The notes below the pieces were generated by a model that saw only the letters and a list, made by a program, of their open reading frames with translations, did not search any database and had not been told where the DNA came from. Made by a program: the position numbers and the translations under genes. From Hormiphora californensis (taxonomy: Eukaryota > Animalia > Ctenophora), in NCBI GenBank assembly GCA_020137815.1, contig CM035357.1, positions 5,952,001-6,016,000 of the forward strand: 64,000 nt of DNA, read 5' to 3'. Positions within the stretch are counted from its first letter, which is position 1, and each line of letters starts with the position of its first letter. Below are positions 53,152-64,000 of the stretch, piece after piece.

Positions 53152-55909
53152 ATGTCAATATTTCCTGAAGAGAATGATGATGATTACTGCAGGCCCTCGT
53201 CTCTACACCGGACTGTAACTGATAAGCTACTCCAACTCAAATGTAAGACATGTTGTTTTTTTAGACCATTCTTCAGTCTGTAAGTCAGTCTGTAAGTCAG
53301 TTTGTCCGTTTCTCTGTCGCGTCTGCTGGTTACACAGTTACTCTACCCGTTTATCTGGTATATTGGTTTACTATCAGATATATATATGCTCTGCATATCA
53401 TGCTAGCCCGGTAGGTAAAGAACAAATATCCAAAGTTGGGAAGAAGGATTGTTTTTCTAAACCATCCACATATGTTTTGCCGCATCTCCCCTGTTTTGCT
53501 GGACATCTCTCGGAGTACACTACAGTGCCGAATGTACATTCTGCACCGGCCCCAGGTGTTCGTCAAAGCTTTCACAGCGTTACAGAATATTAAATGACTG
53601 CATTAGTGTTGTCTATTCGTTTCTTGGGTTTGCAGTGATATGAATCTAAGTTTTTGATGTTTTATTGATATTCGGTACCTCTAGCATCTTGCTCTAAATC
53701 AACATCATAATTCCTGCTGTGATAGAGAGTACTAAGTAGAGAACATCTGAGACAGCTCGACCAATTAGTTGGGTACTAGAAATGTCCTGACTAATTCCAT
53801 ACTTCTAAATTCAATTAGCTGAAGACACGCGACGTGTTTCTCTGACATTTTCTCTTTCTTTTTCTTGCCTGCAGTGGTTACTTGTGATATATGTGTGTGC
53901 AAATGTCACAGTTTTACTTGCTGTTCTCCCAATCTATCGTTTTGCGAAGACTCTTTTAATTGTTTGGCCAATTTCCATGCTTCTTCATCCTAAAGTTTTA
54001 ATCTTTCCTAATCGTTTCTTTCTCTCTATTTGACTCTTACTCCCTCTCTCTCTTTTTGTTTTTTGCTAATGCCTCTCGTTGAGCCTAATCTTCGTAGCCA
54101 GTTTATTCCGTTAATATCAAACGATGGTCTCCCTCTCTCTTTCCTTCATCATTATCTTTATTTCAAAACAATTGTGGACTGGACTATCTTATCTCGGCGC
54201 TCTCTCCTTCTACTGCAGATTGTTGTACCCTTGCACAGTCACCAGCTCTCTTAGGGCCTCCCTGCACAGTCCATCTATAGCAATTGTATTGTATTCCTCT
54301 TTTCCCTGTAAACCTTTGTTGCTCAACTAACGACACTCTCTTTACAATGTTGGGAGAGATAGAGAGATAGAGGGATGAAAGGAAAGAGAGAAAAAGAGAT
54401 AGCAAGAGGAAGAGATAGCACGAAGAAGAAGAGAAAAGCATGATCCTTGCACCCAAATGGGGTTAACAAGCAAGGTTGCCACATGTATTCATTTGATAAT
54501 CGGCAACTCCTCCACCACCATTACACATTAGATGTGCTGGAACGAGCCGAGATTGAGAGAGTTAGAGGAAGCTGGAAGAGATAGAAAGAGATAGAGAGAT
54601 GGAGAGATAGTTAGAGAATGAGAGAGATGGAGAGATAGTTAGAGAATGAGAGAAGATATCATGAGAATACCAGGATAGATATGACATTATGACGAGTTGA
54701 GAGAGTATCAGTGATAGATCGGTTGCAGCTCTACACGCAAATGGCTTTGTCTTCTATTACTATCTTTACACATCTCTTGTCTCCTTCTCCATCTATCTAT
54801 CTCTCCCTCTCCCTCTCTCCAAGTTATAGTTTATCGATCTGACTACATCTCCTGTCTGTTATCTTCCTCTGTTGCACTATATCAGTAAATAACAATTGTA
54901 CACTTCTTTCCTCCAATAATTATATTGTTTCAGTTTGTCTTCAAAACAACCATCAATAGTTCTATACATACGCTTAACGCTTGGTTGCCTCCCATGTACT
55001 GTATTCTCCCCTGGTTAGAATATAACAATAGGTCTGGTTAAGTTGCATGTCCTCTTCCTCATCCACTGCTACTGACAACGCCACGGGTTGCGGGCTGCTG
55101 GGAGCCTGTTCGAGCTCCAGAAAACGAAGAAGAAGGAGAAAGAAAAAGAAGAAGAAACGAGGTATAAGATATGACCTCACTGACGTGTTATACTGCAGTT
55201 GTCTCCAGTCAGAGAGAAAGAGTTAGAAATTAGATTGCCAGCCCAGTTCCACGCCTTGTTTTTGTGGATGTTGTTGTTGTGTACAAATGAGTAGTTTTAG
55301 GGTTACTGTCCTAGTTAACCCATATAGAGGTAATGTTTCCACTGTTGTTATCTTCGGTCCTGTTCGGAGTAAGCAGACTTTTGTGAGACAAGTGCAGACT
55401 ACTTAGTTTTGGTAGTTTAAAGTTTTTTATATTCGACTACTCGTGTTCCTTCACTCATCACTATTACGGAACTATATTATAACATAAGATATGGCACTAA
55501 CACCCTTCTCCCTCTCCAGGTGCGAGAGATGGGGTCCAGAAGAGGACCTTTGAGCGGTGGATCAATATGTGGCTGGGGGAGGGGGTAACTGACCTGTATT
55601 CAGATCTTCAAACAGGAGAGGTCCTGTTGCAACTTCTTGAACAGCTCTCTTCTCAATCATTTGTAAGTGATACATGCCAAGATGTATACTTTACCCCTCA
55701 ACAAGATGTACGGACATGTTTATCATCATCATCATCATAATTTCTTAAACTTTAGCACCTAAATTAGATGATTATCATGGATGTGCGGTATTATTTTGAT
55801 TTGTTTGCTCTGTCATACAGATAGGGTTTATTTACAATCTGGTTCACAGGCGAGTAGGGCGTGTTTTTTGTAGTTACACTGTACCATAGCATAGTACCAT
55901 TACACACAA

Positions 55910-55979
<70 letters not shown>

Positions 55980-58900
55980 TTCTCCCTTTCTCTCTCTCTT
56001 TCTATCTTTCTCTCTCCTTCAATAATAACATAATCTATCCATGCAAGAGAGGTGTTCTAAATTTAGCTCTAGAACCCACTGGATCCTAATATTCGACCAA
56101 ATAGTCCTCTTATTAGCTTCACACAACTATCGTTATCTCTCTTTTTTACTCGCTCTATCTCTCTTCCGGGTTATCATCTTTATTAGCTAGACGAGTAATA
56201 ACTTAAATATCCACCATGATCTGGCTATAAAGAAAGAGAGAGGGGGGGAGGGAGAGAAAAGTTGGTAAATATGGACATAGTAGCTAGAAGGGGAGAGATA
56301 GTGGGGAGGAACATGCCTGCATGATGTACACATTCCGGGTGGTGGAGGGCGTGCTGTGGCAGCGGAAGCGCTACATGAGCACATTAGACATTCTGCAGGG
56401 GGGGTTACACATACCAACCACAGAGAAATAAACACACGGTACCAACACACACACACACTGAAGTACTCAAACCAACAATTAGAGCTTCATGTCGCTTTAC
56501 TATTGGCCCTCAGTGGCACCATCTAATCGGTAGCAATCCAAATCTATTACCAACTTATCAAAGCTATTACCCCCCCCCCCCAATTCCGCCAACTTTTCTC
56601 CCCTCCCCCAAATGTCCCAAAACCGATTATGTAGCCGATACACTTTACCACAAATCTCACTGCAATACACACTGCACCATTGCTGCCCCATTATGTTCAT
56701 TTACCGTGGGAAGCAGGATGCAAAAGGGTACCCGTATTTTCTCCTGGTATTTTCCATGGAACTATTACCGACATACCCCAAGGATCCCATCTCCAATATT
56801 CCCCATTTCTAACCCTATATCCCACCCCTCAGACAAGATCAAGATGCGTGGATAGGAAGCTTGCATCTCTGGAGAACATTACAACTGCTCTCGTATTCCT
56901 GAAGGAGCGAGGTAAATATAACTACTAGGAAAAGGTTGAATATCATCCACCATCATAACATTTATATGTCTATTTATTCCCCATGCATAATCGTTTTATA
57001 ATATATATAATATGCGTGTTTATCTCCCCTTCCGTCTAAACGTACCCTCTCTCCTAGGTTTGGAGCTGGTTAATATTGACGCTACGGATATCATAACTGG
57101 CAGTCCGACTCTTACCCTGGCTCTAGTGTGGAATATCATATTGAAATTCCAGATTAACAAACCTTCTTCTGAACAACAGAAACAAGCAGGTAACCTTGTA
57201 TTATCATCTGTCGCATACTGAGAAATTTTCTAAAGTTTTCTCAGTCACTACTGACGGTTCTCAGCAAATCAAGTACTTATTTCGGTCAGAAAGTTAGCAA
57301 AACTGACTGAATATTTGTAACAGGTGCCGATGAGCTGAGGAACTGGGTGACAAAGGAGACAGGAGAGAGGCAGGTTAATTTTACATCTAGTTGGAGTAAT
57401 GGATATCTCCTGTGTAAACTCCTTCATAAACACAGGTATGCTGCGGGTTGCTCCTTCATAAGATATAATATTGCTCCTTCATAAAACTAATAATTAGCCA
57501 ATTAAATTCCTCTCAGACCAAAGCGAATTTGTATGGATGCAGTATCTAAGATGAGTTCTGTTGAACGAACGGAGACTGCGCTACGATTAGCAGAAAAATA
57601 TTTTGGGGTGGAACCCCTTCTCAGTCCGAAAGGTAATAATTTTGATTTGTGTTTTGTGCAGCTTACTGCATATCATGAAATGTTATCTTGCTGCTTGCAA
57701 AGCCCTTTCCTTATTCGGAAAAAAAGGACAAAATTGGCAGGCTTTCTAACAGAAACTAATTCCGTAGAAAACTAAGTAAGGAGTGAACAGAACAAATAAT
57801 CAATTGTCGGCGTCCATAGTTTTATAAGCTCAATAAGACATTAACTATTCTCACAGCTCCGAATATAGTTAGGGCTGTCTGTGTTAAGTGAGGGAACTCT
57901 CTGGTGGGCTAGGTAGCAGGTGGCACTATATTCAATCATCCAATCCCGACTCTCTATTCCCCCTTTCTTTCTCTCTAATCCCTGGATTCCCCCTTCCTTG
58001 TTATGTTTTGTTCCATTTGTTCACATCCCGCCCTTTTACTCAACGGCTTGTTTGTGTAACCTGTAACATTCCAACACTATGTTTTGTTGGCAAAAATACA
58101 TATAACCATTGTATAGCTAGGGCTCAAGTTTCATACTAATCTCTCTCATCGGATATAATGATATTGTTTTATTAGACATCGGACTTTGACTCCCATCCCA
58201 CCCTGCCCAGATATAGCGAGTGACAATGTCGATGAGAGAACTATCCAACTATACCTCTCTGTACTACGCGACAAACTGACTTCCAATACCAACGGGTCAG
58301 ACGATCCCCTCCCTTATGCCGTAAGTTTTGTCAGTATTTAGAGATTTTGTATTACTTTTGCCGTAAGTTGGATTCTGAACGACTACTTTACATAATCCCA
58401 GTTTATAATTCATGAGACAAGAACCCATTGTTTTCCAATTTCGTTGTCTCCAGGTTGTAAGGAACGAGATACGTGGCCTGGTTTCTGAGTTGGAGAGAGA
58501 AAAAGAGCGGAGTATTGGAGAGATAACTACCACTTGGCACTCTTTACGTCGCAGACTCCACGCTGAACCACCCCCTCAGGGGCTAAATGAGGTACTTACA
58601 ACCCCCCTCAGGGGCCTAAACGAGGTGCTTATAATCCCCTCAGGGGCTAAAAAATGTACAATCTCTGGTTCATTCGACATTCGTTTTCAGGCGTTTTTGT
58701 TATCTTCTCGAGATATCGTGATGGACTATGAGAAAACTAGCAAACAAGCAAGAGAGAAAGTGAAGAACGCTTCTAAAACGGTAACTAACCCAATAACCAA
58801 CAACAAAATGGAACCAAGGAGAGACAGACTGACTGACGGATAGATACAAACTTTGATTGACAAACAAACTTTCGTGGGAGTCATGTTTCACGGGAGAGTA

Positions 58901-59409
58901 CTGACAGAGGAACACACATTTACTTGCTAAGGCAGTCACATATTTAGTATTGTCTGTCAAGAAAACTGTCATGAAGGGAAACCAACAAAATACCCTCTAC
59001 ACCTTGTTCTTTATCTTCCACTCAAAGTGATATCTCACACTATATCCCCACTATATCCCCCGCCCGTTATCACTCCCGCATCCCACTGTCGATCGACTAA
59101 CAGAAACTGTTTCCAGGTTGCTGAGCTGGATAAGTTTGAGAGGGAGATAAAGCGGTTAAAGCACCTTGCCAACTACGTCCACAACTATAGAGACAGCCTG
59201 GCTAAAGTTGTGAGTAGTCCCCCCTCTCTCCTAAACCCACCACCCAATTCTATGTTGCTATCCCTGTGTAGCCCCCCATAATAATATCTCTGTGTAATAG
59301 CCCCTATACCGATTTTCAGTCCGCTGTGTGTATTCCCTTGGTGTTGTGTATATTCTGTTGTCCGCCCCTCTACCCTTTGTCCCCTCTGCTTTGTGTACGT
59401 AATGTGTAA
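53152..59409 (+). CDS. Small spectrin-superfamily actin-binding protein (tandem CH domains, short coiled coil, C-terminal hydrophobic anchor); nesprin/calmin-like
   Basis: Approximate exon starts 53121 (or alternative 55047), 55520, 56833, 57058, 57324, 57517, 58211, 58455, 58691, 59117, 59320. CH1 VQKRTFERWIN..DLYSDLQTGEVLLQLLEQLS, LENITTALVFL, LVNIDATDIITG.P.L.LALVWNIILKFQI. CH2 NFTSSWSNG, AEKYFGVEPLL, VDERTIQLY. Start codon uncertain. Confidence 0.85.
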
Positions 59410-59815
59410 AATTTGGGGCGAGAGAAGAATAAAGAGACACCCTCTATTATCATTGTACATGCCCCTTTTCTAGCGCTGTAAGCTAAGGGGTGTGTGTATT
59501 GTGCATTGCGGAAGCTCCAGGCCCATATTCTACTGTTATACCTCTCTCCCATTCTAGCACCACACTCTCTCTTCTGCTTGGGTCCCTCTAAAGCACCTAA
59601 CTTATCTAACGCTGCGTTTCCCGCTACATTAAGCATGTGCGTAACGCGCGGAAACAGACATGTCAGTGATGACAGTATGGTTATTGCAGTGCGCGCAAAA
59701 TGTGGGGATACCCTGATCGCGAGATGGGTGGTAGGAACTCACATGTCAGAACTGGTGTCATGAATCAAATTGAATCTTTATTTTATTGGTGTCACCTATC
59801 AGTTCTCACTGTTGA

Positions 59816-61157
<1,342 letters not shown>

Positions 61158-61488
61158 AGGCAGTTTGAATTTTACCAGTTTTGAATTTTATCAATTTTTT
61201 ACTCCTGACTTGTTTATGTTTTTATTTCTCAACTTCAAATTTGGACCTCTAAATTTACAATTTCGCGGATCGCACCGAAAGCACTGACTCATCTAAGGAA
61301 TGATTCATCCAGCGCGATTCCCTTGCCCCCAATTGAAACTAACCCGACTAATTTTGGAATGTCACTACAAATAATCTAAACCGGTGATACATTTTCTCAA
61401 AATTATTTCATCAACTTCTCCGCCCTGTTTCTTCCCATATTGTGTACACTGGGGAGATACAAGTCACATGACCGTGCCCGGTAATTGC

Positions 61489-61535
<47 letters not shown>

Positions 61536-61646
61536 GGAGAGATGCTTCCTGCCTGACTGTCCACTACCTATAGAGCTGTTATTTGCAACGCACTTGAATT
61601 GTGTACATGGCCACTGAGAGTAAGCGAAAAGGAAAGGGAGAGAGAA

Positions 61647-61771
<125 letters not shown>

Positions 61772-62277
61772 GATAGAGACAGAAAGTTAAAGTACTTGTG
61801 TTCCCATGCCCTTGGCATCAGTCTGGTCGGCGGAGAGTAGCAATTTGAACAAAACTATCGAACAAAATAGCTTCTCTTCTTCCTTTTTCTCTCTCTTTCC
61901 CACTTTTTCAATCCCCCAACTTTCCCTGCTGATGTTTTTCGACCTTTCTCCAGTTTGTCATCTTTATATATTCATGTTCATCCCTGCCTGAATTGTGGTT
62001 TTGTTGCTAGGTAACCGCTTATAATTCTCCAGGAAATGGACGATTTGCATCATTTGAGAAGAAATCTCTCCCTCTCAAGATCTCTCAGTTTAGTATATCT
62101 CTCTCTTCCTCTCTGTCTATATCCCTCTCTGTGGATCTGTCTCAGTGTCTCATGGTGTACATTCAGCACTGCCTCGAGACTCAATTGTATATCTGTTGAT
62201 GTAGACGTTTAGCCGTATCAATATCTCAAAAAATAGTTTGACTCTGCACCCTTGTTTCTGTACCAAAGGATAATAGC

Positions 62278-62386
62278 CAGGAACCGACCGAATCAGGAAA
62301 TACTGGTCCCTGATTGGCTGATAACCAGTCACGTGACCTAAATAACGAGTTCTGATTGGTTGTTTACTTGTTTCGGTCGGTTCCTG
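62278..62386. mobile_element. 109-bp hAT-like MITE (copy 2), 8-bp TSD (7/8 match)
   Basis: ataatagc|CAGGAACCGACCG...CGGTCGGTTCCTG|ataatagt. Confidence 0.88.
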
Positions 62387-62496
62387 ATAATAGTAGATAC
62401 AAAAATAGCTTCACTTCTAGATGTTTTATCCCTTCCCCTCTAGCTCTATTCGGCACCTCGATTTGTGCAGTAATGATCGGTCCTGATCTCGTTACT

Positions 62497-62817
62497 TCAC
62501 ATGGCACAAGTGGCAACATACCCCCTGTAACCGGTTCCTAGCACAACTCCCCTCTTTGAATTCTCTTGTTCCTTTCTCTGAGATATGTTTAGGAGGGGGA
62601 TGCTTTTGTAGTCAAAGAGCTTATCTATCCAATCTCTGGCAGCATTATAATTGTTCTCATTATATGTGGGGGAGCATTGACGTAGATCTTCCTTCCACAT
62701 ATCCAACCTCCCTCATCTCTTTAATCGATATAATATTCATCCATCCTGTCAGTGCAAGTAGTGGTGTCCTTGATATAGCTACTAGGGCGAATGTCCTTCA
62801 CTTCCCCACGACTCAGC
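62497..62817 (-). CDS. Possible coding exon of unknown product, with apparent indels
   Basis: An acceptor near 62818 is followed by protein-like LSRGEVKDIRPSSYIKDTTTC...LDMWKEDLRQCSPTYNENNYNAARDWIDKLFDY. No family recognised. Confidence 0.3.
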
Positions 62818-63015
62818 CTATCAAAGAGTAGAAAAGTCTTTAATATCAAGGGTAGGGGATCATTTTATATCCTCATATTTATAGTCTCTGCGTTTGAAGA
62901 GCCCTCTTGCAATACCCAATAGCTGCAAAGAATAGTTGACCTTGTTGTGCGTGAATTGTTGCATTTGGGCATATTGGGCATAATATGCGAATATATGAAT
63001 ATATCAGGATCCCAC

Positions 63016-63057
<42 letters not shown>

Positions 63058-63203
63058 CCTCTCCCTCTCTCTCTCTCTCTTGATTAAGCTTCTCCTTGTT
63101 ACACATTGCGGTTTACATAATCCTAGCTTTATACCCTAGCTACCCCTAGGTATATATCGATTACTGAAGGTGTAGACAGGTAAACACTATAGGAACTCTC
63201 TTT

Positions 63204-63283
<80 letters not shown>

Positions 63284-63535
63284 CCTATTTTCTCTGTGTT
63301 TGTAGAATCAGCATTTCCATTTCCTTGGCAAGAATTTGATTGTAGCAGGATTTAAATTGGATATTTGATTGATCTATGTGACACTGTGTAGGAGCTGCTA
63401 GGGTGGTTGTTCTTCCTACTCAATATGACCTCATATTCAGTGTGAGACTTTATGATAATCTAGAATTAGAGGACGATATGACTATGAGCCAGGAGGGTAA
63501 GATGTTCTTACCGTCCTGACTCATTATCATCCATC

Positions 63536-63576
63536 CTGCCTAGCTCGACCCTCTTGTCGCGGTTTGAACAAAACAA
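63536..63576 (-). mobile_element. 41-bp member of the TTG...CAA mini-transposon family, 8-bp TSD (7/8 match)
   Basis: catccatc|CTGCCTAGCTCGACCC...TTTGAACAAAACAA|catccctc. Confidence 0.72.
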
Positions 63577-63742
63577 CATCCCTCTATCTTTTCTCTATAT
63601 TTTTCTTACCCTCCTGGCTCCATCTATCCTCTCCTTGTACTTCATAATTCTGACTGAATCATGTCTCTAGAGAATGGAGCGAGTGGTATCATATTCTGTT
63701 CCTTTCATGTGGTACTCTTTGTAGTTGTACACCAGCTGTTGT

Positions 63743-63837
<95 letters not shown>

Positions 63838-64000
63838 CGCTCTATCTCTGTCTGCTCAGATGTATTGTGTACATAAGCTCTGCTCTACGTTTCAAACGAT
63901 CCCCCTTTTCTTTTATATTTATATCATTTGTCATTTTCTTCCTCTCTATAGATACTATACTGTGCTTCCCCGAATGCTTCACCATTTTCTATGGCAACCC

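Noticed and set aside
53351-53593. Possible RUN-domain-like peptide (TWGRCRMYIR) on the minus strand
   Set aside because: Too short, with no supporting exons.
63385-63497. Possible + strand exon (GAARVVVLPTQYDLIFSVRLYDNLELEDD...|GTAAG)
   Set aside because: Plausible donor, but no recognisable family or linked exons before the window edge.

Overview
Eukaryotic (animal) nuclear DNA with a compact gene layout, GT-AG introns, many (AG)n microsatellites and many non-autonomous DNA transposons. The overall style resembles a ctenophore genome, but that is inference. Minus strand, right to left: two paralogous mitochondria-targeted PPR/COX5A-like orphan genes, NDUFS3, katanin p60, a 5'-truncated CRE-clade retrotransposon, a truncated and a full copy of a double-F-box/LRR gene, TIA1/TIAR, EAF, FBXL15-like, SmE, CYHR1 and PFKFB. 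A + strand Sushi/CCP gene with a GPI-like tail lies inside a PFKFB intron. The + strand also carries a small nesprin/calmin-like CH-CH-coiled-coil-TM gene and GALT. Most notable: (1) tight co-oriented genes, nearly all with a 3' splice acceptor 2-30 nt before the ATG, suggesting SL trans-splicing and operons; (2) a family of 41-130 bp TTG...CAA mini-transposons with 8-9 bp TSDs and an empty site in the window; (3) the orphan mitochondrial gene pair next to NDUFS3; (4) a 5.3 kb foldback element built on an inverted 32-bp minisatellite. Exon boundaries were read by eye. Stretches at ~25.2-26.7 kb, 30.1-31.9 kb and 62.5-62.8 kb look like uncorrected sequencing error.
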